Positions 38,209 through 48,209 are shown, numbered from the stretch's first letter. The stretch: 64,000 nucleotides of DNA from Candidatus Eiseniibacteriota bacterium (GCA_031370785.1 JANMQY010000107.1:9217-73216); one strand, 5' to 3'. The notes: a model not told the origin generated them from the sequence alone. Made by a program: numbers and translations.

Positions 38209-40512
38209 CTATGAACCTGCCTCCACCCGCGACACGCTCATCTCAAAGATGATGCCCTTCAGGATGTCGGGAGCCACCGGCTTCACGAGGTGAGCATCGA
38301 ATCCCGCTTCGGTGGCGCGCTGCCGGTCTTCGCTGTTCCCCCATCCCGTCAGTGCGATCAGGAACATCCCTCGGCCCCAGGGCTGCGTGCGAATCTGGCG
38401 AGCGACTTCGTAGCCATTCATCCTGGGCATTCCGATGTCGAGCAGCACGAGCGCAGGCAGCAGCCGCTCGGCGGCCGCGAGCGCCGTTTCACCGTCGTAG
38501 GCGACTTCGACCTCATGGCCCTCGATCCGCAGGAGCATGGCAAGGCTGTCCGCCGCATCGCGAAGGTCATCCGCGATCAGGATTCGCGGCTTCGCGGCGA
38601 CTTCCTTCGCGGCACGGTCGTGGATGAGTTCGTGGCCTCGAACCGGGTCGTCGGAAACGCCGAGCGGAAGGCGAACGGTGAACTGGCTGCCGCGTCCCAG
38701 CCCCTCGCTGTACACCCCGATGCTCCCGTCGTGAAGCTCGATCAGTGCCCTGGCCAGTGAAAGGCCGATCCCAAGTCCGCTCTGCGACTCCTCGAGGGAT
38801 ACCGCTCCCTGCGAAAACATCTCGAAGAGCCCCGGCAGCATCTCGGGCGCGATGCCTGCTCCGTTGTCGGTAACGGTCAAGAGGAGCGACCCTACCTCCC
38901 GCTCCGCGACCAGCGAGATCCGGCCACCGCTCTTCGTATACCTGGCGGCGTTGTTGAGCAGGTTGGAGAGAACCTGCGAGAGTCGGATCGGGTCGGCCTC
39001 GAGGCGGATGGGTTCGGCGGGGAGCGAAACCGTCAGTTGATGATCACCCGCCTCGATGTGCGGCCGGCTGGTCTCGACGGCGCTCTCGACGACCCCTGCC
39101 AGATCCACCAGCTCCTTTCGGAGCAGGAGCTTGTTCGCGGAGATACGGGAGGCATCCAGAAGATCGTCGACGAGCCGGGTCATGTGGTGAAGCTGCCGGT
39201 CGATGATCTCTCGGGTCCGGATCCAGTCCGCCGGCGTGGCTCCTTCGGATTTCTGAACCTCGATCGCGTTGCGCACCGGGGCGAGTGGGTTCCGGAGTTC
39301 GTGCGAGAGGGTCGCCAGAAACACATCCTTGCGCCGGTCGGCCTCTTTCAGCGCTTCTTCCGCCCGTTTCCGCTCGGTGATGTCGATTCCAAGCCCATGC
39401 AGCATGCGCGGACTGCCATCGTCCGCGTAGACGGCGCGGCCTCGTCCCTCCATCCACCGCCATTCGCCTGAGGAATGGCGGAATCGGAACTCCATGATGT
39501 AGTCGGTGCGTGATCGGATCGCAGCCTCGACCGATTTCATCACCTGCGGACGGTCGTCGTCGTGAATGAAAGCAAAGTAGCCCGCATGGGTGCCCTCGAA
39601 GCCTCCTGGTTCCAGGCCGAAGATCTCTTCGAGCTCCCGGCTCCACCACACGGCGTCGGTGGCAAGGTCGCGAGACCACGCGCCCATCCGCCCTCCGCGC
39701 ATCGCGAGCGACAGCACGTCGCGGCTCTCCTGCAACGACGCTTCGGTCCGCAAATGCTCCGTGACATCCCGCGTCAAGCAGCGCGTATGGATGAATCGGC
39801 CTTTTTCCCACAGGACGTTGGAGTTGATCAGCACGTGCCTGATCGAGCCATCCTTGCATCGCAGCCGCGCTGGGTATTCGTGCAGGGCCTCGCCGCGCGT
39901 CAGGCGGGCAAGGATGTTTTCGATCACAGGCGGATCGACATGAAACTCCGCGATATTGCGGCCGAGGTACTCTTCACGCTGATAGCCGAGCAGATCCAGC
40001 TCGGTCCGATTCACCCTCAGAATGGTTCCATCGGGGCCGACCCAGTGCAGCCCGACTGCGACGTTCTCGAAGAAGTCGCGGAACTCCTCTTCGCTGCGCC
40101 GCAGAGCCTGCTCCGAGCGATGCAGCAGTTCGAACTGCTCTCTTGCCCGGCGTTGAGCAGCCCGCATTCGTTCGGTCAGCGCGATGATGATCCCGCAGGT
40201 GAGAAGAAAAAGAACCAGATCCAGGTAGATGGGAGGATGACTGAAGGTGCCACGTGGTTCGATGAAGAAGTAGTCCGCCGCCAAAAAGCAGAGACCTGTG
40301 GCGACGAGCGCGGGACCGTAACCGCCGAAGAATGCTGCGACTGCGACGGCAGCGAAGAGCGTGACGAACGGAAGGGTATTGCCGAGCCACGGGTCGAGGA
40401 GCCAGCGGAGCATTGCAGCAATCGCCGTGGCCAGGACGGCCACGACATAGCCTGCGATTGCGTTGGAGCTCCACCTGGCGTCTGGAGTGGTCACAGGATT
40501 CCTTCGATTCAC
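38209..40512 (-). CDS. Hybrid sensor histidine kinase: DUF4118-like membrane domain, two PAS, HisKA, HATPase, REC
   Basis: FLATLSHELRNPL, NLLNNAARYT, DNGAG, GLGIGL, LLDIGMP, LVKPV; start uncertain. Confidence 0.92.
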   Translation of the reverse strand: MNRRNPVTTPDARWSSNAIAGYVVAVLATAIAAMLRWLLDPWLGNTLPFVTLFAAVAVAAFFGGYGPALVATGLCFLAADYFFIEPRGTFSHPPIYLDLVLFLLTCGIIIALTERMRAAQRRAREQFELLHRSEQALRRSEEEFRDFFENVAVGLHWVGPDGTILRVNRTELDLLGYQREEYLGRNIAEFHVDPPVIENILARLTRGEALHEYPARLRCKDGSIRHVLINSNVLWEKGRFIHTRCLTRDVTEHLRTEASLQESRDVLSLAMRGGRMGAWSRDLATDAVWWSRELEEIFGLEPGGFEGTHAGYFAFIHDDDRPQVMKSVEAAIRSRTDYIMEFRFRHSSGEWRWMEGRGRAVYADDGSPRMLHGLGIDITERKRAEEALKEADRRKDVFLATLSHELRNPLAPVRNAIEVQKSEGATPADWIRTREIIDRQLHHMTRLVDDLLDASRISANKLLLRKELVDLAGVVESAVETSRPHIEAGDHQLTVSLPAEPIRLEADPIRLSQVLSNLLNNAARYTKSGGRISLVAEREVGSLLLTVTDNGAGIAPEMLPGLFEMFSQGAVSLEESQSGLGIGLSLARALIELHDGSIGVYSEGLGRGSQFTVRLPLGVSDDPVRGHELIHDRAAKEVAAKPRILIADDLRDAADSLAMLLRIEGHEVEVAYDGETALAAAERLLPALVLLDIGMPRMNGYEVARQIRTQPWGRGMFLIALTGWGNSEDRQRATEAGFDAHLVKPVAPDILKGIIFEMSVSRVEAGS

Positions 40513-40660
40513 TGAATGATTGCGTTGGGTTGGGTCGGACGGACCTGCCCAGGCGGCCGAGGCACAAGGTTGCGGCGGAAAGCGTAGAGCACCCGGCTCA
40601 CGGAAGATAGAAGCAAGGCATCGTTCCTGCGTCGGGGCCACAGGGAGTGGGCTGCCGTGG

Positions 40661-40786
40661 TGCCACATCGCGACCGAGCCTCACATCGCGCGCGCTACAG
40701 ATCTCGCCCATGCCGCCCGCACCCAGCGGCGCCAGGATCTCAAAATGCGAGATGAGCTTTCCGATCCGTGGGTTCGAGGAGGTCAA
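40661..40786 (-). pseudogene. N-terminal remnant of a Hanks-type Ser/Thr protein kinase
   Basis: IGKLISHFEILAPLGAGGMGEI.SARDVRLGRDVA; homology stops just before the VAxK lysine. Confidence 0.8.
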
Positions 40787-40934
40787 CGGCGGCCCCGGGG
40801 AGTCGGTTCCGGGCGGGAGCCCTAGCTAAGAGACGGTTTCACGCTACAGCTGATGACAGGATGCGCTCGTCGGGTTTCACCAGCAGCACGCAGTTGATGC
40901 GCATTCTTCGGTCGAGGGACAGAAAACTGAGGAT

Positions 40935-41009
40935 TGGAGGCGGCACCCGGATTCGAACCGGGGAATAAGGGATTTGCAGTCCCTCGCCTTACCACTTGGC
41001 CATGCCGCC
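40935..41009 (-). tRNA. tRNA-Cys (GCA)
   Basis: GGCGGCATGGCCAAGTGGTAAGGCGAGGGACTGCAAATCCCTTATTCCCCGGTTCGAATCCGGGTGCCGCCTCCA: cloverleaf, GCA anticodon, TTCGAA T-loop, encoded CCA. Confidence 0.97.
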
Positions 41010-41433
41010 TCACGCGTTGTCGGCCGGCGAGACTATCACCCGGTGCGCGCGCGCGGCAAGATCTCGACGGCTTTCGGCCGGAATGCGTACCTTCGCTGGG
41101 CGAGAGAGGCACGGACCGACAGAAGATTCTCATGTCCCAACGACATCGCCCGGGCGAGACCGGCTCATCGCGGGTCGACGTGTCGCGCTTGCCTGTGGCT
41201 TGCGCCAGTTGGCAAGCTTCCTCTTTGGTTACAGCGCGATGACATACACTTCGATCGCGGCGCGGCGCCATGCCGGAGTGACGGTCTCGACGGACCGGTC
41301 CACTCGACCGGCGCGGGGAAAACTACCATCGCCGCCGCGCGATCACGAGCGTGAAGCGGACGCCATGCGGCGAGCGCGGTTGTTACAGGTCCTTGCATGC
41401 CTCGCGGCCGCCCTGCGTGGCTGCTCCCTCGCC

Positions 41434-42255
41434 TTACGCGCCCGTCAGCAGGCGCATGGTATCCACGATCGCGCGCGGATCGTTGGTCACGCCGTTCGGA
41501 AGTCCCGAGTGCGACGTGTCCCGGTAGGCGACGTATTCGTGGTAGCGCGGCCTGAGCGCGGGCTCGAAGTCCGGCGGATCGCCGAATGAAGCGCTGTCGT
41601 GCGTCACTTCGAGCACCCCGTCGTAGTTGTCCGCGCCGCGCGCGTAGAACGCCTCGAGTTTGCGAAGGAAATCGTTGCGCGCATTCCACACCGCGCTGAT
41701 TCGCTTGGAGTCCTTCTCCATCGCGCCGAGCTGCAGTAGAACCCATGGATCCTTGCGGGTCTTCTTCACGAAATCCTGAAAGACCTTGCTCCTCGCAGAG
41801 CCAAACCCGCGGAACGGAGTATCGAACGTGATCACGGTGCGCGCATTGGTCAGCACCGGCGTCGTCAGAGCCGGCTCGGTCCCGATCAGCGTGAGCGCGG
41901 CGAACACGTCCAGACCTCCCATGCTGTGGCAGACGAAGTCGACGGGCTGCCCGGTCGCGTCGGTGTCCGCATGAACCATCTGCGCGACATCGTCGGCGAA
42001 GTCGAGGAAGTCCTCCCACTGCGGCGGATCGGCGCTGCCGACCGCATGGAACTGGAGGAAGTGCGCATGGGTCGTCGCGTTCGCGCACACGGCGCGGACC
42101 CAGGCTTCCATGCGCGTCCAGCACGCGCCATCCTCGTCGCGCCACCCGGGCACGAAATAGGTCGGGCGTTGGAGGGTGAGCGGGTTCGCGATCCAGGCGG
42201 TGAGCTGCTTCACGGCAGTGGTCTGGTCAGCGATCGTCTTGGCCGAGACAGCCAT
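41434..42255 (-). CDS. Alpha/beta hydrolase (lipase/PGAP1-like)
   Basis: FVPGW oxyanion segment, VCHSMGG nucleophile elbow, TFDTPFRG, DGVL, late His (TSH). Confidence 0.75.
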   Translation of the reverse strand: MAVSAKTIADQTTAVKQLTAWIANPLTLQRPTYFVPGWRDEDGACWTRMEAWVRAVCANATTHAHFLQFHAVGSADPPQWEDFLDFADDVAQMVHADTDATGQPVDFVCHSMGGLDVFAALTLIGTEPALTTPVLTNARTVITFDTPFRGFGSARSKVFQDFVKKTRKDPWVLLQLGAMEKDSKRISAVWNARNDFLRKLEAFYARGADNYDGVLEVTHDSASFGDPPDFEPALRPRYHEYVAYRDTSHSGLPNGVTNDPRAIVDTMRLLTGA

Positions 42256-42261
42256 GGGACC

Positions 42262-43167
42262 TCACCAGGGTGTGTTGAAACGCAGGCCCGCCTGCGCTGC
42301 CAGCCGGGCAATGTCGCGCGAGTCGAGCGGAAACTCGTAACCGAGATGCGCGAACCAGTTCCATTGCACGCTCGAAGGAGGCTTCTCTCCGGGGCCCGGT
42401 GGCATGAGCGGATCGCGGGCCCCACCGGACACCGGGCGCGACCGCGTGGACCAGCCGAGCTGAAACAGCCCAGTGGACACAGGCAATCGCTGCGATGACA
42501 GATCCGATCGCACCGAGAGTGCGATCTCCGCTTGTGAGCCGACCACGACCGCGTGCTGGATCGCGAACCCGATCGCAGGAGAGACGATCGCCTGCCCGGT
42601 TCGCGGCCATCGCGACCGAATCCACGGCCATACCCGCAGCGCGATGTCGGTGCTGGTGTGCGTGAGAGTCCATCGCAACGGTGCACCTTCCGCTTCGAGA
42701 TCGAAACCCTGGCGCTCGCCGTGGCCGAAGCCGGCGGCCCCGAGCAGCGACACACGCGCTTCGGGCAGATGGACTCCCAGTCCCAGGCGCTGGGGATACT
42801 CGCGAGGGTCTGCGTCGTTCCGGCCGTCGTTGATCGCTTCAGCGAGAGCGGTCCAGCGACGCCGCGTGGCCAGGATCTCGGCGCGTCCACCGGGGCCACG
42901 GCCGAGATCGTGGAACGGATTCGGCGTGCCCGCGCTCGAGCCGCCGATGAACTCGCCGCCCTCGAAATACGCCTCGAAATAGGATCGGGCGAGAATGCCG
43001 GGGAGTTCGGCCGGAGATCTCGGGAAGTCCTCGGTCATGAGCGGCCGCGACAGCGCGGGGATTTCGGCGCGCCCTGTCGCCGGAGACAGCAGGAGCATCA
43101 GCCCGGCCAGGATGATGCGCGAGACGCGGTTGGCATGGCGGCGCCCGACATTGCGAGGGAATCTCAT
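42262..43167 (-). CDS. Secreted hypothetical protein, probable outer-membrane beta-barrel
   Basis: Signal peptide; amphipathic strands; ends AQAGLRFNTPW; RBS GAAGAGG. Confidence 0.65.
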   Translation of the reverse strand: MRFPRNVGRRHANRVSRIILAGLMLLLSPATGRAEIPALSRPLMTEDFPRSPAELPGILARSYFEAYFEGGEFIGGSSAGTPNPFHDLGRGPGGRAEILATRRRWTALAEAINDGRNDADPREYPQRLGLGVHLPEARVSLLGAAGFGHGERQGFDLEAEGAPLRWTLTHTSTDIALRVWPWIRSRWPRTGQAIVSPAIGFAIQHAVVVGSQAEIALSVRSDLSSQRLPVSTGLFQLGWSTRSRPVSGGARDPLMPPGPGEKPPSSVQWNWFAHLGYEFPLDSRDIARLAAQAGLRFNTPW

Positions 43168-43190
43168 GCGGCCCTCTTCAACACCCGCGA

Positions 43191-43661
43191 CTACCCCTTG
43201 GACGCGTCCGGAACTTCGATCCCGAGCGCGGTCGCGAGATCGATCTGGTGCTCCTGCTCCTGCACGAGGATCTGCCGGATCTGCTCGGCCATCGCATACT
43301 CCTCGAGCTCTTCGCACTGGCGCACGCGCTCCCGATAGTTGCGAATAGTCTCGGTCTCGTTGTCGAGGTCGAAGTGAAGCATCTTCTTCGCATCCTCCGA
43401 AACCTTGACCGGCTTCGGGTGCACCGCCGGCATTCCACCGAGATAGTCGATCTGCTTGGCGAGGATCAGCGCGTGCTGCAGCTCCTCTCCCGCATGCACC
43501 TCGAGCTCGGCCGCGATGTTCATGTACGCTGCGCCCTTGAGCACCTGCGAGTAGACGACGTAGGCAATGATCGCCTGATATTCGCGCGCGAGATCCTCGT
43601 TCAGCGAATCGACCAGCTGCTTTCGAGTCAACTTTGCCGAACCACTCTTCTTCGCCGCCAT
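43191..43661 (-). CDS. Ferritin-like (bacterioferritin/DPSL-type) protein
   Basis: LNEDLAREYQA...Y, EELQHA, QIDYLGG.P, E.ETI..Y, EQEH diiron ligand pattern. Confidence 0.88.
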   Translation of the reverse strand: MAAKKSGSAKLTRKQLVDSLNEDLAREYQAIIAYVVYSQVLKGAAYMNIAAELEVHAGEELQHALILAKQIDYLGGMPAVHPKPVKVSEDAKKMLHFDLDNETETIRNYRERVRQCEELEEYAMAEQIRQILVQEQEHQIDLATALGIEVPDASKG

Positions 43662-43900
43662 CGGGTGCCCTTCCTCGTTCGTGTTTGGGTGCATGAGACG
43701 CAACTGCGACGATCGCGATCTGGCGGGATACTAGAACTTCGCGCGGACGCACGCGAGACGCACGCCGACCCGCGGTGATTGCCTCGAGCGCCCGCGTCCG
43801 CCCGCCTCCGCTTGGCCAATCGCGAGACCGGCTCTAGGATTTGCGCGGGTGTTCGCCGACCCACCGGAGACTTCACTTGCGCCGAACTGCCGCACTCATC

Positions 43901-45442
43901 ATGGCCGTCGCTGTCGCGCTGTCGTGCGCGTCGCAGGCGCGCACGCGCGTACCGCGTGAGCTCTGGCTCTACCAGGGCGCCAATCTCGCGGACAGTGTCT
44001 CGGTGGCGCGCGCCGAGTCGGTGTGGCGCCGCGCCTCCGCCGCCGGCTGCGCGAAAGTGGTGCTGGTCGATCCCAAGTTCGCGCGCCTCGCGGAGCAGGA
44101 TCCGGCGTATTTCGATCGCGTGCGCCGGTTGCGCGCGCTTGCCGCCGAGTTGCACCTCGAGATCGTCCCCGGGGTCTGCCTCGTGGGCCGCGGCAATGGC
44201 GCCATGCTGGCGATGGACCCGAACCTCGCGGAGTCGCTGCCGGTGCGCGATGCGGCGTTCGAGGTCCGCGGCGGCATCGCACGCATCGTCCCCGATCCGC
44301 CGGTGGCCCTCGCCGCCCGACCCGATCGCGTCGACGCCGGAGTGCAGCTGAGCGAGGGCGACGCGGTGATTCCCTCCGACTCCAGGTCGCGCGTCGCGTT
44401 CGAGGTCGACGTCGCACCGTACCGCTGCTATCACGTTTCGGTCCGGCTGCGTGGCGAGGGATTTCGCGGCGAGCCGCGCCTGCGCGTGACCGGTGGCGGG
44501 CGCGAGCTGGCGTTCGCGAGCATCGCGGCACCCACCGGCAGCAAGGAAGAGACGCGCGACGCGGTCTTCAATTCGCTCGAGAACCGGCACGTCACCGTGT
44601 CCTTCTCGGTCGCGCGCGGGGCCAGCAGCACGCTTCACTGGTCAGGCTGGCGGATCGACGAGGCGGGGCCCGTCAATGTGGTGCGACGACCCGGCATGGC
44701 ATTCTCGTTCGATGGGCTGGCCGAGGGACACGCCTTCGATCCGGTTCAGGATCCCCTTCTCGGCAACGTCCCCTGGAAGGGCCAGTTCGATGTCTGGCAC
44801 GAGCCGCCGGCCATCCACGTGCGTCGGCCCGACGGCACGAAGCTTCGAGCGTCGTGGTATCACGCCGCGGTGCTGCTGCGCGGGCAGGTGGCGTGCTGCC
44901 TGTCGGACACTGCGGTGCTTGCACGACAGCGGGCCGAGATCATGCGGGTGCGCGAGCTGTTCGGCGCGCGCACCCTGCTTCTCATGCACGACGAAATTCG
45001 TGCGATCGGCTGGGACGCGTCCTGCCAGGCCGGCGGGAAGAGCGCAGGCGCGATTCTCGCCGCAAACGTCCGCGCGTGCCGTGCATTCGCCGGCGATGCG
45101 GCGGTGTGCGTGTGGAACGATATGTTCGATCCGCAGCACAACGCCGTGCCCGGCTACTACCTCGCCCGCGGCGATCTCGCCGGCTCGTGGGAGGGGCTCG
45201 ATCGCGACGTGGTCGTGGTCAACTGGAATCCCGATCGCCTCGATGCCTCGCTGAAATTCTTCGCGGGCCGTGGGCATCGCCAGGTGTATGCGGGCTACTA
45301 CGACGGAAACGTCGAGGACATCCACGGCGTGCTGCCGCGGCTCGATGCGGTCGAGGGCGTCACGGCGGTGATGTACACGACATGGCGGGAGCGCTACGAC
45401 GACCTCGAGCGCTTCGCCGCCATCTGCCGCGGCGAGCGGTAG
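43901..45442 (+). CDS. Secreted glycoside hydrolase-like protein (GH20-like barrel with inserted beta domain)
   Basis: LEIVPG, MHDEIR, VWNDMFDP.HNA, VVVNWN, MYTTW motifs; start uncertain. Confidence 0.7.
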   Translation: MAVAVALSCASQARTRVPRELWLYQGANLADSVSVARAESVWRRASAAGCAKVVLVDPKFARLAEQDPAYFDRVRRLRALAAELHLEIVPGVCLVGRGNGAMLAMDPNLAESLPVRDAAFEVRGGIARIVPDPPVALAARPDRVDAGVQLSEGDAVIPSDSRSRVAFEVDVAPYRCYHVSVRLRGEGFRGEPRLRVTGGGRELAFASIAAPTGSKEETRDAVFNSLENRHVTVSFSVARGASSTLHWSGWRIDEAGPVNVVRRPGMAFSFDGLAEGHAFDPVQDPLLGNVPWKGQFDVWHEPPAIHVRRPDGTKLRASWYHAAVLLRGQVACCLSDTAVLARQRAEIMRVRELFGARTLLLMHDEIRAIGWDASCQAGGKSAGAILAANVRACRAFAGDAAVCVWNDMFDPQHNAVPGYYLARGDLAGSWEGLDRDVVVVNWNPDRLDASLKFFAGRGHRQVYAGYYDGNVEDIHGVLPRLDAVEGVTAVMYTTWRERYDDLERFAAICRGER

Positions 45443-45522
45443 CGGCTGCCAAATAGACGAACGGCCGGAGCCTCTGATGGCTCAGGCCGTTCGCATGCCG
45501 TTGCGCATCGGTGCTGCAACGC

Positions 45523-47022
45523 TCAGGGCAGCAGGACCAGCCGCCCGCGGGCGACGTTGCCGCCGCCGATCGCACGGTAGTAGTAGGTGCCGGCCTTCAC
45601 CTTCGCGCCGCGGATGTCGAAGATGTCCCAACGGGCGACGATCGTCCCCGATACCGCGACATCACGCACCGGCTCGGCGACCAGCCTGCCGGTCGCATCG
45701 TAGATCTGCAGCCGGACGTTCATCGGTGCCTCACTGCTCACGCTGAAATCGACCCCCGCAGGGTCATTCAGCCGCGCCGGGTTCGCGCGAAGGGTGACGA
45801 CTCGCAGCGCGTCGCGCTTGTGCTTACCCTTGCCATTGTGATCGCCACCTCGCAGCGGTCGCAGGGTTCCCATGAGCCCGTGTTCCTCATCGTCGATGCC
45901 CGCCGCGAAGTAGAGGGTGGGACGTCCTTCGGAATCCGGCGCACCGCTTTGTCCAAGGACACCGAGCACGCCTTGATCGCCATGGCCACCGTCATCGCCG
46001 TTGTCGTCGTCATCGTCGTCATCGCCGTGCTCACCGTCCTCGTCGTCGCCGTTCTCTCCCGATCCCTTCGAGAACGCCAGGCCCCACAGGCCCTCGATCT
46101 CGATCGGGAATCCGTTCGCGTCTTCGACTGTTCCGAGAAAGTTGCCCGACGTCGCGGAGTAGGCATTGATCCGGCCATCGCCGAAGTTCCCTACGAGCAG
46201 GGCGTTTCCGAAGTCTCCGAAGCCTCCGGGCGCGATCACCATCCCCCACGGCGCGTTCAGGGCGCCGCCGGAGATCGCCCGGTGCAGGAAATGACCCTCC
46301 GTGTCGAACACACTGACATAGCCAAATCCAGCCCCAACCTCCTCGTCCTCCCTGTCGACGTCCTGCTTCGCATAGGCGACGTAAAGCTGCCCGCCGAGAT
46401 TCGCGATGTTGAACGGCGCGTAGTCATCGGGGAGATCCGGATCTTCGAACGCTCCGGACCAGGACACCGGCGCAAAGTTGCTGTCAAAAACGTCGATCGT
46501 GCCCGCATGGAAATTCGCCGCAAACAGAAACGCCCCCGACTGCTTGTGTCCGAGGGCGAGGCCCATGTAGATCGCGTCCGTTGTCGCCGCGACCTGGATC
46601 GCCGCGTTGGCATCGACCTCGGGACTCCATGCCGAGATCGATCCGTTCTGACTCGCGAAGATGAATCGGCTCTTCGCCGTCACGCCTGCCACCGAGATCT
46701 TGAAGCTCGATTCGGTATCGTTCGCCACGATGCCGGTGGGACTTCCGCTGCCACCCGGCGGAATGACGATATTGGGCGTCTTCGGAACTCCCCCGGGCGA
46801 ATACGCAGTCGACAGGCCCGTGAGGTTGTTGGCGACTCTGATCCGGCCGCTCCAGACGGTGATTCCCCAGGGATTGACAAGGCTCGCGTCGAGATGGGCG
46901 CCACGGCCAGCGACATCGGAAACGAGATCTCGCTCTTCGAAGGACTGTCCCGCAGAAGTCTGGGGCGCATTCGCGACTGCGAGCGTGATCGCAAGCGCCG
47001 TCGCTACGAGGGGTCGATTCAT
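45523..47022 (-). CDS. TIGR03118 family beta-propeller protein with C-terminal FlgD Ig-like domain
   Basis: LVSD, LVNPWGI, PTGIV.N, YAPFNI, LNAPWG, LLVGNFGDGRINAY, GLWGL.F, LYFAAG; C-terminal IYDATGRLV...W....G..V.AG.YY. Confidence 0.9.
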   Translation of the reverse strand: MNRPLVATALAITLAVANAPQTSAGQSFEERDLVSDVAGRGAHLDASLVNPWGITVWSGRIRVANNLTGLSTAYSPGGVPKTPNIVIPPGGSGSPTGIVANDTESSFKISVAGVTAKSRFIFASQNGSISAWSPEVDANAAIQVAATTDAIYMGLALGHKQSGAFLFAANFHAGTIDVFDSNFAPVSWSGAFEDPDLPDDYAPFNIANLGGQLYVAYAKQDVDREDEEVGAGFGYVSVFDTEGHFLHRAISGGALNAPWGMVIAPGGFGDFGNALLVGNFGDGRINAYSATSGNFLGTVEDANGFPIEIEGLWGLAFSKGSGENGDDEDGEHGDDDDDDDNGDDGGHGDQGVLGVLGQSGAPDSEGRPTLYFAAGIDDEEHGLMGTLRPLRGGDHNGKGKHKRDALRVVTLRANPARLNDPAGVDFSVSSEAPMNVRLQIYDATGRLVAEPVRDVAVSGTIVARWDIFDIRGAKVKAGTYYYRAIGGGNVARGRLVLLP

Positions 47023-47213
47023 TTCGCGGTCCTCCGATCCGGGGTGCACAGCGCGGCCGGAACGACCTGGATGGTACTTCTTCCGCCCGCAATGCGAATG
47101 CTCTTTTTGCATTCGACGCGACTATCTCGTCGAGTTGCACAGCGGTAAACGCGGCGGCGTGTGCAACGACTGGATTGCCTCACCCCGCTGCGGCCCTTGG
47201 ACTCCCGCGAGGT

Positions 47214-47252
47214 TTCGGCCTCACTCCATCCCGGATCGCGGGTGACGGCGTC
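47214..47252. repeat. Direct repeat copy 1 flanking the alpha/beta hydrolase gene
   Basis: TTCGGCCTCACTCCATCCCGGATCGCGGGTGACGGCGTC; 37/39 identical to 48210-48248. Confidence 0.9.
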
Positions 47253-47313
47253 CATCGCGGGAACGCTTCGACGACCTCGAGCGATTCGCCGCGATCTGTG
47301 CGGCGCCGCTGAA

Positions 47314-48123
47314 CTAGCGCTTCAGGAACTCGGTCACCCGCCTGTTGATCAGTTCCGGCTGCTCGAGCATGACGCTGTGCGACGCCCTGGGAACGATCCA
47401 GAGTTTCGAGCCCGGGATCGAACGCGCCAGTTCTTCGGTGTGATCGCGACGCACGACGTCGTGCTCGCCGGCGATCACGAGCACGCGCACGCGGATCGAA
47501 CCCAGCTCGGCCCTGGTGAAATGCGGCTCGTTTCGCCACAGCGCGATCGTCTTTCCCATCGCCACGCGGTAGTGCGAGGGATCCGGCGCCAGCTCCTCGT
47601 ACGCCTTACGAGAGCCTTCGCCGAAACTGTCCGCGGTCGCGGTCTGGTTCCACGCGACGTCAGGCGGATTGAGGCCGTCCGGCGCGAAGTTCGCGCCCAG
47701 CGTGACGAGGCGTCTCACCAGATCCGGGTGATGGATCGCAAGGTCGAGCCCGACGACTCCCCCGTCGCTCCAGCCCATGAAGTCGGCCCGACGCACGCCG
47801 AGTTTCGCGAGCAGCTCCGCGACGTCTTCGGCCATCAGGTGATAATCGAGCGGGCCCAGGCCGTCGCTCGTCCGCCCCTGGGCGCGAAGATCAGGCACGA
47901 TCACGCGGAAGGACTTCGCAAAGGCAGGGACCTGCTTGTCGAATTGCCTGCCATTGCCGACGCCGCCATGGAGGAGCACCAGTGCGGGACCCCTGCCATG
48001 CAGCTCGACATACATGCGAATGCCGTTGACGTCGAGCATGCGGGTTGTCGTGCCCGGCGAGGCCGCGACGACAACGAGCCCTGCGATCCAGACCCAGGCG
48101 ATTCGCTTGATTTCGTAGCTCAC
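47314..48123 (-). CDS. Alpha/beta fold hydrolase
   Basis: LVLLHGG, PDLRAQGRT, GWSDGG, IAGEHD, ASH; GTG with RBS GGGAG. Confidence 0.9.
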   Translation of the reverse strand: MSYEIKRIAWVWIAGLVVVAASPGTTTRMLDVNGIRMYVELHGRGPALVLLHGGVGNGRQFDKQVPAFAKSFRVIVPDLRAQGRTSDGLGPLDYHLMAEDVAELLAKLGVRRADFMGWSDGGVVGLDLAIHHPDLVRRLVTLGANFAPDGLNPPDVAWNQTATADSFGEGSRKAYEELAPDPSHYRVAMGKTIALWRNEPHFTRAELGSIRVRVLVIAGEHDVVRRDHTEELARSIPGSKLWIVPRASHSVMLEQPELINRRVTEFLKR

Positions 48124-48209
48124 CGCGAAACTCCCTGCTTGCGTCCGCACCGCGACTCGCAGAACGGGATTGCCCGCCCCTGTCGCCGCGCTTAGACTCC
48201 GCGCAGTGC

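Noticed and set aside
40545..40566. ZMP/ZTP riboswitch 3' hairpin (minus strand TGCCTCGGCCGCCTGGGCA)
   Set aside because: The 5' domain with GACTGGCG needed for the pseudoknot is absent, and the downstream gene is not purine/folate related
40840..40880. Hammerhead ribozyme or fluoride riboswitch suggested by GCTGATGAC
   Set aside because: No GAAA core after a stem II and no GGCGATGG-type 5' element
41010..41433. ORFs or ncRNA between tRNA-Cys and the hydrolase
   Set aside because: No coherent protein motif, codon bias or recognisable RNA family
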